A DNA stretch of 64,000 nucleotides from Octopus sinensis (taxonomy: Eukaryota): NCBI RefSeq assembly GCF_006345805.1, contig NC_043021.1, positions 12,462,001 through 12,526,000 on the forward strand. Direction: 5' to 3'. The notes below the pieces were generated by a model. That model was not told the DNA's origin and ran no database searches. It saw only the letters and a program-made list of their open reading frames with translations. Numbering within the stretch: position 1 is the first letter of the stretch; each line of letters starts with the position of its first letter. Positions 25,301-38,312 of the stretch are shown one piece after another. The translations under genes were made by a program, and so were the position numbers.

Positions 25301-26894
25301 TTTTTCCAGGGATGCTGGATAGAAATTGTCAAAGCCTTTCGTTGATACATATACCTTAACCCTTTTGATGCCACCTCTGCAATCTATGATACTAGCTTCC
25401 CGTTTTGAAGTGATCTAAATTAAAATTTCATGTTAATTTAATAATGACAAAATTATTTTATGAAATTCTTCATAATTTTCAAAATTAATTGAAACAAAAA
25501 CAAACATATTTCAACAGAAATATGGGAACAAAAGGGTGTTAAAAGGGTGTGAAAGTGAAATGTATTTTCTGTAAAAAAGGGAAAAAAAGGAATATTTTAT
25601 TTTCACTGAGTGAGTAAAGATCCTTAGACTCAAATAAGAAGCCCGTTATCAATAATTACAAAGTGATTTTAATTAATTTGGTAAAATATTTGACTAAATT
25701 ACATTGCTGAAACATTGCCTGACAAACAGAAAAAAAATTTTTTTTTTAAAAACATGCTGGAAATTTTGTTTGGTGATAAAAAGTTTGATTGTTCCTTGAA
25801 AACTTGAAATGCTTTATGTTGGTTGCAGCCACTGTGGCTTAGTTTTGCTGAGAAAGACTAGATACCATGAGAAAGTGTTACAAATCTGCTCAGGACATAT
25901 GTAAGAAACTGCCAAGAAATCTGTGAATACATCAATATGACATTGGTTTGATAACACAGTTTTTCAGGGGGGTTTTTCTACAAAGAAAAGCTGTGAACTG
26001 TGTGAGTAGTATTTTGTTTGATTTCTTTAAAGACATAAAAGGAGGAAAAAGGGCAAGCCAAGTCCCTTGGCCCCTTTTTTGTTTTTTTTTTTTGTTTTTT
26101 TTTCTTTTTAGGGCCTCAAAGACTGATCAAAGGAAGAAGTTATCCCCAGAACAGAGACCAGGCCCAGTCCCCTAATACTTGCAACAAAATGGGTCCTACA
26201 GAGATACCCAAAGTCCTAGAGCTATGAACTTTATCTGATTATTGATGTCAGAAACAAATATGTACAACATAATTTGAATTTCACTAAGAGATGGAAAATT
26301 TCTTTTTTATATATTTTTGTTCATTTTATTTATTTATTTTTTCCCTCTGACTTCTGCTTTATTTCATTGACATTTCTAGTTATACTCATTTGAAAAAAAA
26401 AAGAAAAAGAACAATAAAAATTCCTTTAAATATGCATTTATTTATTTACTTATTTATTGATTGATTGATCTTCAAACTGTTGTTTCCATTCATTTCTAGG
26501 TTTTTTTTAACCATACAAGTAAATTAGTCTTATGGAACCCATTTCATGGTAATGTCAGAAGAAAATGCTGTCACACTTACATCAGTAGCTTGATTGCAAA
26601 GCCAAAATTTGAAACCAATATGAAGAAACATATTTACATACAAACACATACACACACACATATATATATATGAAATCATAAGCAGAGTGTAAAGCATGCA
26701 ACTGCCTCTAATAAGCACTAATAAAGAGAGAACTCAACACATTAGTAGAGTAAAGATTTTTATTGTGGGTCTTCATTCAGTGCCTCACTGTAGCTGGAAG
26801 TTTCAGATAGGCCAGGCAAGTTTGCATTGTATTTGGTTGTCTGGAAATTTTGTGCCGATTTATAGTAGCTTACATTTCGACTTATTTTAGAACA

Positions 26895-27195
26895 TGGTTG
26901 AGTCCATAAAATAGGATTTGACTACACCTCCATTTAGAGCACAGTTTAAGCTATCTTTTCATGGAAGAAGATTTGTTTTCCTATAACCTGTGTTAATTCT
27001 GTAACCCTTTAAAATGGAAGATAAGAAAGTTCATATTTGGCACTTGATGCTTTGGGAACCAGACAAAAATTGCTGCAGCTTGGCTGGGATGTGTTACCCC
27101 ACCCTCCATATTCACCAGATATTGCTCCTTTGGATTTCCACTTATTCAGGTCTCTGCAGAATAGTCTTAATGGTAAAAATTTCAAATTCCTTGGA
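26895..27195 (+). mobile_element. Mariner internal-deletion derivative (N-terminal MEDKKVHIWHLML joined to RQKLLQLGWDVLPHPPYSPD)
   Basis: Same family and the same junction sequence as 42537-42888. Confidence 0.8.
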
Positions 27196-27357
27196 TGACC
27201 ACAGGACTTATTCTTTGTAAGCCTAGTACCTATTCTATCGGTCTCTTTTTTGGCCAAACCACTAAGTTAAGGGGACATAAACACACCAGCATCGGTTGTC
27301 AAGCGATGTTGGGGGGACAAACACAAACATACAAACATATACACACACATACATACA

Positions 27358-27392
<35 letters not shown>

Positions 27393-27769
27393 GGCTTCCG
27401 TGCCGGTGGCACATAAAATACACCAATCCGACCGTGGCCGTTGCCAGCCTCGCCTGGCACCTGTGCAGGTGGCACGTAAAAAGCACCCACTACACTCACG
27501 GAGTGGTTGGCGTTAGGAAGGGCATCCAGCTGTAGAAACATTGCCAGATTAGACTGGAGCCTGGTGCAGCCTTCTGGCTTCCCAGAACCCCGGTCGAACC
27601 GTCCAACCCATGCTAGCATGGAGAACGGACGTTAAACGATGATGATGATGATGATGATGATATATATATATATATATACATATTATATATATACATTTAC
27701 ATACATATATATATATATATATGTGTATATATATATATATATATACACATATATATATATATGTATGTG

Positions 27770-27801
<32 letters not shown>

Positions 27802-27824
27802 AGAATGAATGTTTTTATATATAA

Positions 27825-28240
27825 TGAACGTGAAATACAGGAAGGGACGAACACGGAACACAGACAAATCATTCGAAGCCTTCAATCTTCAGTCAGACAC
27901 CGAATCATCATAGCAAATTTCGGCTGTTCAATTCTGATATTGCTCCAACTCGGCCAGCCCCAAGAAAAAAAACTAAGCTGTAAGCATTAGATTTCTTGGT
28001 AGAAGACAGGAATGTGAACGCACAAGACGGATGTGAATACAAGAGACGAAAACGAAATTGAAAAACAGTAATGAAAAAACAAAACATATATAACGGTGGT
28101 TGTCATACGACTTTAGACCAAATGAGACAAAACAACAACAACATAGCAGCTGGCGTAGAAATAATTACCGTTTCGGTAGCGGGGACACATGTTGGTCGAG
28201 ATACGAAGGCCAACAGAATGGTTGAAGAGCAGCAGGTCAC
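27825..28240 (-). mobile_element. Probable Penelope-like terminal fragment
   Basis: Composition and ctgaagattgaaggcttcgaa motif resemble PLE ends. No intact ORF. Confidence 0.35.
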
Positions 28241-28439
28241 AGGAGAGAGAGAAAGAGAGACAGAGAGAGAGGGAATCAAAGAGGGTGGAAGGCAGGGGAC
28301 AGAATCAGTGACCAAGAGAGGAGAAAGAAGGGATTAAGGAGGATGGGAGGAAGAGAGGGGAAGAATCGGAGGGCGCCAAAAAGTTTGGTGAAGAAGCAAT
28401 GGCGGGTAGTAAAAGACAGTGTGTATAGAAGTCGTGGTG

Positions 28440-28472
<33 letters not shown>

Positions 28473-29364
28473 GTATATATATATATGTATGTATATATAT
28501 ATATATATATACGACAAGCTTCTTTCAGTTTCCGTCTACCAAATCCACTTACAAGGCTTTGGTTGGCCCAAGGCTATAGTAGAAGACACTTGCCCAAGGT
28601 GCCATGCAGTGGGACTGAACCTGGAACCATGTGTTTCGCAAGCAAGCTACTTACCACACAGCCACTCCTACGCCCGCCTAAGTAAATTTGTTTTGGCGAT
28701 AATGGAGGTCAAGTGACAGAGTGGAATAAAACGGACACTGAGTGGCGGCGGCGGCGGGAGGGCTAAAATTTTCAAGCTAATTAATTGATTTTTGTGAGGG
28801 AGGTTCTTTGTACGTAGCAGGTGGTGTTGGGTGGCTGCGGAATTTCGAGGAACGAAGGTTTGTGTTACATACTCAACACATCCACCTCCAACCACCACCA
28901 CCACCACTACCCCCCCCCACACACACACACTCACCGACTAACGAGTGAATCAATTAGCCGAGAAAATCAACAGCCCCTTACAGCACTCTAATAACACCCT
29001 GTAACCTACTTCATCCTGTTTTGTAACCTTCGTTGTATTCGGAAACAGATTTGCTTACCCTGAAATGCTTTTACTCACAAACAAACTCCACCACCCACCT
29101 GCAACCGCTATGTCATCCCCCCACCTCTGTGCTCCTGCCCCACTTAAATCTTTTTTAGGCATTCAAGGATTCCTTTTCTCACAAGTAAACCTGTTGTACC
29201 TTGCCATCCTTTCTGTTTAATTGCCTCGTTGACCTATGCCGCATTAATTACACTGTTTCTTTGATTGACTAATTTAAATTTATTCATCTGTGTTTTCATT
29301 TAAGGGCCAAAACAAACCCTTTATTTCACACACCGTCCCTCACCTGAACACACCTGTGAACACT

Positions 29365-29760
29365 GCACCAACACACACCCACAAACACACACACACAAGC
29401 ACACCACACCAACACACACACACACAACCACACACACACACCAACACACACAAACACAATCACACACCAACACACACATACAAACACACACATACAAACA
29501 TACACACAATCACACACGCAAACACACACACAACCACACACACACACCAACAAACACAATCACACACCAACATGCACATCAACACATACAAACACACACA
29601 CAATCACACACCAACACACACATCAACACACACATACAAACACACACGCACAAACACACACACAATCACACACCAGCACACCAACACACACACACAAACA
29701 CAATCACACGCACACACCAACACACACATACAATCACACACACAAACAAACACACACACA
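29365..29760 (+). repeat. CA-rich higher-order minisatellite (caaacacacacaatcacacaccaacacacacata-like units)
   Basis: Recurrent aatcacacacc anchor at irregular spacing of tens of bases. Confidence 0.85.
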
Positions 29761-30422
29761 ATACTCCCTACAAACAGAACGATCAAACATGGGTTTCTGA
29801 TTTAAGGACAAGGCCTGTAATTCTGAAGAGAGGGGTTCAGTTGATACAATTGACAGTAGTTCTTGATTGGGACTTTGACTTATCAATCCCAAAAGGGTGG
29901 AAGCATATTCCTCTTTATGCATACGAATGGAGGGAAAATAGTTTTATCCTTTATCCTTTACACTATTAAACCCACATGATACCACACATGGCGCAAGCTC
30001 CCACCTGACCAGCTCTTTGTCAAACCGTTCATCCCATGCCATCATGGAAGGAAGACGTTAAGCGATGATCATGATCATGATGATGATGATTTGTCCACTC
30101 TGTCAGGTGGTTGTCCACTCTGTTGGGTGGTTGGTATTAGGAAGGGCGTCCAGCTGTAAAAACCATGCCAAAACAGACACAGAAGTCTGGTGCAGGCTCC
30201 TGCCTGGCCATCGCCTGTGAAACTGTCCAAAACATGCCAGCATGGAAGGCGGAGATTAAGTGATGATGATGATGATGATTTAAAATGCTGTCAAAAAGAA
30301 AAAAAAAATCAGCCTTTTTGCCTTCACGTGTGTGTGTGTGTGTGTGTTTCATTATATCTCTGAATATCAGGCAGTTGAACCTAATCTTTGGAGAGATTTC
30401 ATTTCATATGGATGCATGAAGT

Positions 30423-32005
30423 AGTAATAATCCCTTTTCCTATAGGCACAAGGGCTAAAGATTTGGAGGAAGGGGTTAGTCAGTTATATAGACCCCAGTG
30501 CTCAACTGGTACTTATTTTATTGACCCAAAAGAACAAAAGGTAAAGTGGACGTAAGTAGAATTTGAACTCAGAACATAAAGACAGACAAAATGGCTGCTG
30601 AGCGTGTTAACCATACTATAAAGTGATACGAATGGTTTCAAATTTTGGCTCTAGGCCTGGAAGTTTCAGGTAGGGAGTAAGATGATTACATCGACCCCGG
30701 TGCTCAACTGGTACTTATTTTATTGACCCCAGAAGGATGAAGGGCAAAATTGAGCTTGATGGAATTTGAACTCAGCATAAAGGCAGATGAAATACCACTA
30801 AGCATTTTGCTTGGCATGCTTACGATTCTACCAGCTTTCCACCTTATTATTAATAATAATAATAATAATAATAATGATAATCCTTTCTATTATAGGCACA
30901 AGGCCTGATATTTTGGAAGAGGGGAGTAGTTGATTACATCAACCCCCCAGTGTTTCACTTATTTTATTGACCCCAAAAGAATAAAAGGCAAAGTCAACCT
31001 CAGCAGAATTTGAACTCACAATGTAAAGTTGGACAAAATACTACTAAACGTTTTCCTGGCATGCTAACGTTTCTTATTTCTTTATTGCCCACAAGGGGCT
31101 AAACATAGAGGGGACAAACGAGGACAGACAAAGGGATTAAGTCGATTACATCAACTTCAGTGCATAACTGGTACTTATTTAATCGAACCCAAAAGGATGA
31201 AAGGCAAAGTTGATCTCGTCGGAATTTGAACTCAGAATATAGCGGCAGATGAAAAATTGCTAAGCATTTCGCCCGGTATGCTAACGTTTCTGCCAGCTCG
31301 CCACCTTAAATGATAATAATAACCCTTTCTATTATGGGCACAAGGCCTGAAATTTGAGTGAGGGGATAGACGATTACATCAACCCCAGTGCTCAACTGGT
31401 ACTTATTTTATCGACCCCAAAAGGATGAAAGGCAAAGTCAACCTCAGCAGCATTTGAACTCAGAATGTAGCGCCAGACGAAATATTGCTAAGCATTTAGC
31501 CCAGTGTGCAAATGATTCTGTCGGCTCACCACCTTAATAATAATAATAATCCTTTCTACTGAAGACACAAGGCCTTGAAATTTGGAGGGAGGAGACTAGT
31601 CAATTACATCGATCCTAGTGTTTCACTGGTACTTAATTTATCGACCCCAAAAGGGATGAAAGCTGAAGTCGACCTTGGCGGCATTTGCACTCAGAATGTA
31701 GCGACAGACGAAATACTGCGAAGCTTTTCGCCCGGCATGTGTTAACATGATTCTGCTAACTCACCACCTTCATACTGATAATAATAATAATCATTATTAC
31801 TATAGGTACAAGGCCTGCAATTTTGGGGGAGAGGGCCAGTTGATTAGATTGATTCCAGTACGCAACTGGTACTTAATTGATCGACCCTGAAAGGAAGAAA
31901 GGGCAAAGTTGACCACGGCGGATTTTATACTCAGAACTGAGTGACGGGCAAAATACCACTAAGCATTTCGTCCAGTGTGCTAACGATTCTGCCAGCTCGC
32001 CACCT
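30423..32005 (-). mobile_element. Head-to-tail array of about 7 tRNA-derived SINE family B copies
   Basis: Each unit has head ggcgagctggcagaatcgttagc, B-box gagttcaaattcc and core gcctttcatcctttcggggtcgataaa. Most units are separated by (TAA)n. Other clusters at 8745-9060, 37085-37630, 40845-41175, 48470-49190, 50955-51395 and 56885-57720. Confidence 0.92.
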
Positions 32006-32399
32006 TATACTGATAATAAAAATAATAATGATACATTCATACACAGTGTTTACATTCTTTTTTTTTTTTTTTAACCTATGGAACTCTTTGATTCCTGTTT
32101 TACTCTACTGGACCTCCGTAGCCATTTGGTGTGTATATAAAAAATCCTACTGAATTTTTATTATAAAATATTATTAGGAATTATATTTTTAAAGAAATTA
32201 AATATTTTGTGTATTGTAGAAGTATAGAGCAATTTATAACTCAAATTTTAACAGCAAAAATCTTATATATATCCCCAAGGGCCATATGAACCCCGTTTGA
32301 GAACCACTAGTTTATACTGCACGTGTGTGTGTCTGGATTTATGTCTGTCATGCGTTGTACTTGAAATAAATAAGCCACCTCATGGTCCTTCAAGAATTA

Positions 32400-32508
32400 T
32401 CAGAGATCAAAGATCGTACATTGATTACACGAGCGCTCTTAGATAACAGCTGCTTTTTGTACATTCTCAACTAAGTTGTTAGAAACGGCGGCGTGAGTTG
32501 AGCGTAAT
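32400..32508 (+). promoter_or_regulatory. Probable CENPV core promoter / 5' UTR
   Basis: Unique sequence with locally raised CpG (cggcggcgtgag, gagcgctc) directly upstream of the ATG and GTAAGT donor. No TSS data. Confidence 0.4.
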
Positions 32509-32529
32509 ATGTCATTCACAAAAATGGAA
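32509..32529 (+). CDS. CENPV: CENP-V-like first coding exon (MSFTKME)
   Basis: ATG in a CpG-richer non-repetitive patch, followed by a perfect GTAAGT donor in phase 0 that matches the next exon. This gives a total CDS of 414 nt. Confidence 0.72.
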
Positions 32530-33447
32530 GTAAGTCTGTGAACGTGTTTTTGTTCTTACAATTATTGTTGACCTTCTTGGTGTTATTTTTATTATTTATA
32601 AATGTTTATTATTCATAAATTATGGTTAGTCGGGCTTAACGAAAGAATACGGGCTCTTTTTACTAGCCACGAAGTGTTGACAACAAAGATTGAGGGCAGT
32701 GCAGAACGAAACAAGATGGGTTTACATAAAAACACATGTAAGCAAGAGGAATATCTACAACTAAAACAAAAATTCAAGCACAGAAAAATTTCCCTAAAAG
32801 TTAGGAGACCTCCGAGGTCTATTCTTGGAAACTCCCCCCAAATCACGGTCACTCTAATCACTAAGGCAAGTGCCGTCTCCAAGCTGTCGTTCTGTCTACA
32901 GAAGCATGCCCGGAACAGGTTCGTATATTTGGACAATGCTTGTCACACTCGTCCGCTTTTCGGTAGTAATAATAGTTTCAGAATTTAAGCACAAAACCAG
33001 TAACTTTAAAGGATGGGGAGTTAGTCAATGCTGGAAATTCCAGTACCTGACTGATTCTTTATTGTATTGACCTGAGGGGGGTCAATACAATAATGTTTAA
33101 AAAGTTTAATATACAAAACGTAAAGAGCCGCAACTAAGAGCTGCATGTACTTTATATGCACTTTCTGACAAGTTGTGGTGCACCTGAGCACTGTATACAA
33201 TAATTTCATTATTATTATTATTATTATTATAAAAACAAGGTATTTTATTTTACTTGCAGCTGTTTGTAAGGGAGGCGGATAGTCGATATCATTGTCTCTC
33301 GTACTTGACTGGTACTTTATTTTATCGACCAAGAAAAGATGAAAGGCAAAGTTAACTTTGGCGGGGCTTAAACTTAGAACTTAAAAACGCGAAGAGCCGG
33401 ATGCCTTGCGGTATTTAGTTACATATTTATTCGTTTTGGCTTTACAT

Positions 33448-33597
33448 CAGTCGTTCCCAACCTGTGGTCCGCAAAGGTAGCACTGGAGGAGGTCCGTGAA
33501 CATATTAAGCTGACAGGCCTTTCAATATCCTGGGGTCCCTAGGAAAACTCATTTAAATAAAAGGGGTCGTTGGTAGTGAAAAGGTTGGGAACCATTG
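33448..33597. mobile_element. hAT-type MITE
   Basis: TIR cagtcgttcccaacct / aggttgggaaccattg. 8-bp TSD ctttacat / ctttacgt. Confidence 0.85.
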
Positions 33598-33742
33598 CTT
33601 TACGTTATATCGAGGTTGGGGGTTTTTTTCATCCCCCCGGGGTCGATAAAATAACTCAGCAAAATATTCTTCAATTTAAGACAGTAAAATGTTAGCTGAA
33701 GGAAACTTTGTTATTTGTCGCAAGCCTAGTGACCATGTAAAG

Positions 33743-33981
33743 CAGTGATTTTCAACTGGGGTCCATATAAGATACTTTTTTGTTAAAATTTACGTGCACT
33801 AAATTATTTATATATTTACACTACACTAAATATGTTAACATTTGTCTCATGTAATTCCTGATAATATTTAATTCTAAAAATATAATTAAACTTTTTAAAC
33901 ATCGAATGGCTACGAGGGTCACCTGACTAAATAGGAATCAAAGTGATCCATAGGTGAAAAAAAAATGGTTGATAACCACTG
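33743..33981. mobile_element. hAT-type MITE
   Basis: Termini cagtgattttcaac / gttgataaccactg. 8-bp TSD atgtaaag / atgtagag. Confidence 0.8.
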
Positions 33982-34239
33982 ATGTAGAGGTTATTTTTGT
34001 TGTGGTTGTTTTGGCTCCAGGTCAGTCCCGATTGTAGAGCAATAAATTCAATATAACTTCTAAATTCACGAACTTGTGCCTGTATTAAAAAATTGCTGAG
34101 GATCGAAAATCTCGATTAAATTGCTGGCCTTATGCCTAAATCATAAATCATTGTTATAATTTATTAATTTCTCTAAAGTTATTGATCGGTATGCAGAATA
34201 TGTGATTTGGTTTAGATTCTGGTCCTATTAAAAAGTATC

Positions 34240-34790
34240 AGAAATTGTTAGTTGTCGGAGGGTGTCTTGGCATCACTCAGCAAGGCTTTTGTTAGCCGCT
34301 CTCCAGCCATCTATTTAAAACTGTATACAGCTATGGTACGACCACACTTGGAATTCGCATCATCAGTTTGGAACCCCTATCTTGCTCAGAACATTGACCT
34401 CCTGGAATCTGTCCAGAGACGTGCAACCAAACGCATACCCTCCATCAGACACCTACCATATTCTGAGCGCCTTGTTTCCCTGGGCATGGATTCACTGAAG
34501 CTCCGGCGTCTGGCGACGGACTTGGTAAACCCCCACAAAGTTATCAATCACCTCACCAACAACAACACTGAACACCTTTTTGATCTCCATGTGTCTAACA
34601 CACGTGGACATGCCTACAAAGTCAGAAAACAATACAGCTCCCATGACTTTCGGAAACATTTTTTCACGCTCAGAGTTGCTGAAGCATGGAATAAACTGTC
34701 TGCGTCAGTTGTTGACTGCCATGACACTGCATCCTTTAAGGCCCTCATGCTTTCTGAAATTCGCCGAAACTACACCTGATTATATATACA
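34240..34790 (+). mobile_element. CR1/L2-like LINE RT C-terminal fragment
   Basis: 175-aa frame with LYTAMVRPHLEFASSVWNPY...LESVQRRATK...RGHAYK...FFTLRVAEAWNKL. Its 3' end is partly duplicated at 34850-35050. Confidence 0.9.
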
Positions 34791-36651
34791 CTTTAGATGA
34801 GTTGTAGTGCACCTGAGCACTGTACACAATTATTATTATTATTTTAACTGCATCCTTAAAAACTTCCATGCTTTCTGAGATTCGCCAACACTACACCTGA
34901 TTTTCTCCCCTCCATACACACGCAAGCATGTAGCTGACTCATACACTGTTCGCTTCCCAGACATTTGTACATTACTGCATATGCTTCATACACACTTTTG
35001 ACAAGCTGCGGTGCACCTGAGCACTGTGTATACAATAATTTCATTATTATTATTTTAACAAAGTTGAAAATCGCATAATTCAATGAATGAGGTAGGGGAA
35101 GTAACTCTGCTGTGATTTTTTTTTTCTAGTAAAATTTTAAATTTCGATAGGGTTTTTTTTCTTCTACTCTATGGAGGGGGCCAGTCGATTAGATCGACTC
35201 CAGTAAGCAACTGGTACTTAATTTAGCGACCCTGTAACGGATGAAAGGTGAATTCGACCTCGTAGAATTTCGAAGGGTTTTTTAAAAATCTTTCAGTCAA
35301 GCAAGAAGGCAATGCCAATGACCATTTACTGGACCAGCGGAACTAGTGACAGGGAGCTATCCTCAAACTAGAAGCTTCGTCTGAATGCTTGCAACAAAGT
35401 GGACTCCACTAGAGACACTCAAAGGACCCAGTCTGTAGTATAAAACCAGTAGGACATAACGGGATTTGAACTCAAAACGCAAAAGAGCTGGAACCAATAC
35501 TGCATGGCATCCGATCTCATGTTCTTAGAATTTTAGATGAGCCGAAAGTCTGGTTTAAGCACTTCGTATAACCTTTCATAACTATTTTCATTTCTGAAAT
35601 TTTCAGAAATTTTTTGCGAAATTGGGTTCTACATAAATACTAAGATTTTAACTTTTTCATATAAAAAAAAAATCATAGTTTAAAACGTGGATAGTCAGAA
35701 TTTTTCTTTAAATCCAAGAAATAAACCGTTATTGAAAAACATCAATACATGTCAGTGACAAAGAAACGAGGAAAGTATCAGGTGGTCGTGGGATGTGCTA
35801 AAAACAACAGCTAAATTGCTCTTAAATCACCCACAAAAAATTATAAATCTTTTTTGCATAATCGTATGCATTCTCGTGTATTGAACACAAGTTCACAAAA
35901 TCTTTCTGAAAATTCAAAAGAATAATAAAAAGTTATGTGGGTTTATATGGGGTGTTTAAACCAGAATTCCACCCCAATTGGATTTTGTTGAATTTCCTCT
36001 AGCCACCTAAAGTATATCAAATTTTCACCAGATTATTTTCAAAGTATATAGTTTTTGCATGCTGAAGATGAAAATCGCTTTTCTTTTCTTTCTTTCTTCC
36101 TTTTTTTTCTTCCTAAAAATCAAAAATTAAGAAGCTACATCAGTGAAGGAATTTTTCTTTTTAAATCTGGTGAAAATTTCAAATACTGTTGAATTGCTGC
36201 TTTTTTTCTTTTCTCAATCCCAAAAGGAGTTCTGTTCAAAACTTCAGAACTCACCTTTTACTCATGACACAAGAACATATTTTACGAATTCTGTTTTGGT
36301 TTTTAAACCAACACAGACTTTGACTGCTTCCCTTCAATACCAGTCTACCTGTTTGTTTCCTTTTGTTGTATCTCACACTGCAAATATCTACGCTTTATAG
36401 AGATAGGTAACAAAAAGCAACACCAATAAAGTTTTTTTAACGATTTAGTTTTACCGAAAAAAGAGGAAGAGGGATAAAGAAAGAGATTTTAGAGTGTAGG
36501 ACAGGTTTGGTTTCAGAAAGCCTCATGTCCTCATTTATTAGTCACTCACCTGATTATTGTTTTAAATTGTGGCCAGTGCCATCTTTAGGCATGAGCACAG
36601 ACATGAGAGACTCAATTCTACGTATCTTCTGGCTTGTTTATCAATAAATAT

Positions 36652-36915
36652 ATCTGTATATATAAAAGGCAGGATGTGTGTGTGTGTGTGTATACGTGAA
36701 TGTAATTTATGCACGTCCACAAATTAGCATGCATGTTGCTCCAATTTTAGGAAGACATTCGTCATGACCCTAGCTGTGTTTTCGTCAACTTACTTTTTCC
36801 AGGGGCACCAGCGAATAGCAGTAAAAATAAATTTTCAACCAAAATTTTTAACAATTTTCAAGTTGGAGAAATCACAATTATTTGCAAACACAGGAGTTAA
36901 GTCTCCTAGCAACGA
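36652..36915 (+). mobile_element. Possible non-autonomous Helitron-like element
   Basis: Begins aTCtgtatatataaaaggcaggatg(TG)n, an architecture typical of Helitron-N/DINE-like 5' ends. The 3' hairpin/CTAG end is not convincingly seen. Confidence 0.3.
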
Positions 36916-37629
36916 GTAAGTTTTTAAGGGTCTATATAATATTTTGGGGGTTCCACATCGCAAAATAGTAAACTGGGGATCCAAATTAGTATTTTAAGGG
37001 CTCCTGAGAAAATTTTGCTTTACATGTATATATTGGTATGTACTGCAAGAAACAACTGGGTTTCTTTCACTAACATTTTACACAGTTCAAACTTTGCCTT
37101 TCATCCTTCTGGAGGCTGATAAATTAAGTACCAGTTGTGTGCTGGGAGAGGGGTCGATCTAATCAACTGGCTCCCTCCCCCAAAATTTCAGGACTTGTGC
37201 CTAAAGTAGAAAAGAATATTATTCTAATGGAAAGGCAGCAAGCTGGCAGAAATGTTAGCATGCTAGGCAAAATGCTTAGCGGTATTTGCCTGTCTTTATG
37301 TTCTGAGTTCAAATTCCACTGACGTCGACTTTGCCTTTCATCCTTTCAGGGTCAATAAATTAAGTACCAGTTGTGTACTGGGATCGATCTAAAAAATTTT
37401 AGTCCTTGTGCCTAGAGTAGAAAAGAATATTATTCTAATGAACTAAGGCAACAAGGTGGCAGAATTGTTAGCACACTGGACAAAATGTTTAGCATCATTT
37501 CATCTGTCTTTATGATCCATGTTCAAATTCCGCTAGGGTCAAGTTTGATTTCCATCCTTTCAGAACCAATAAAATAAGTGCCAAAGAAGCCCCAAAATTG
37601 CTGGCCTTGTGCCAAAATTTGAAACCAAT

Positions 37630-37765
37630 ATTATGCTTAGGAATGAGAACCCAGGTTCGAAATTTCCCCAAGACACCTGATGAAGGCTTGAGTGTATATC
37701 AGCCAAAATGTTAACAACAAACAAGATGAGGACAAATATCCATCAATTGTAAATAATGTAAACAA
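37630..37765 (+). mobile_element. Penelope-like terminus with a decayed hammerhead (37673-37712)
   Basis: acac-CTGATGA-A-GGCT...AGCC-AAAATGTT: CUGAUGA and stem II are intact, GAAAC is mutated and the 3' side of stem I is missing. Confidence 0.55.
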
Positions 37766-37797
37766 TATTATGCTAATGGACACATGTTGTATTGCAG

Positions 37798-37889
37798 ATC
37801 ACTAAAAAGGCATACTTTGGTGGCTGTCACTGTGGAGCGGTTCGATTCCAATGCTGGGCACCAGAAACAATACTGGTTCTTGAATGCAA
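37798..37889 (+). CDS. CENPV: CENP-V/GFA exon 2 (ITKKAYFGGCHCGAVRFQCWAPETILVLECN)
   Basis: Acceptor ttgcAG, donor GTGAGT. GGCHCGAVRF is the GFA/CENP-V signature. Confidence 0.95.
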
Positions 37890-38029
37890 GTGAGTTTCTT
37901 TATTTATTTCCTTCAGAGGTACTTTCTGTTTTGTGCCTGAGGTAGACGATGACATGCAGTTTGTCCAGTTGTTTAGTGTGGGACTGGTTTGTTAAAACCT
38001 GTGGATGAAAAGATGATGACACGCAGGCT

Positions 38030-38312
38030 CATTATGGAATTCTAACTGCACGTGTTAAAGCTCTATCTGTGACGATTTCATCTCAATCGAAGGAGAGGGG
38101 CTTTCTCCGTCTGGGTTGCGAATCCATGGAATAAGCTGCCGGACGAGATAGTGAAGATGCCGACGACCGCTCGTTTCAAAGTCTCTCTTGACCAGAAATG
38201 GCCTGAACTCTTTGCATGAACATGCTCCCTGTACATAACTCCAAGTCCCCCTACATGGCCTTGCTTTTTGCTTTTTGAGCCAAAAAATTAACTTAACTTA
38301 ACTTAACTTATC
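38030..38312 (+). mobile_element. CR1-like LINE 3' end with (TAACT)n tail; second copy at about 17665-17930 (-)
   Basis: Encodes RVANPWNKLPDEIVKMPTTARFKVSLDQKWPELFA*. The reverse-complement match to 17665-17930 is clear. Confidence 0.75.

Noticed and set aside
27862-27900. CTGAAGA...GAA motif as an intact hammerhead
   Set aside because: Stem II cannot close a loop, GAAA is incomplete and stem I is unclear. At most a decayed relic.
32602-32988. 128-aa ORF (+) and overlapping 107-aa ORF (-)
   Set aside because: They lie in CENPV intron 1, with no recognisable motif or consistent splice structure.
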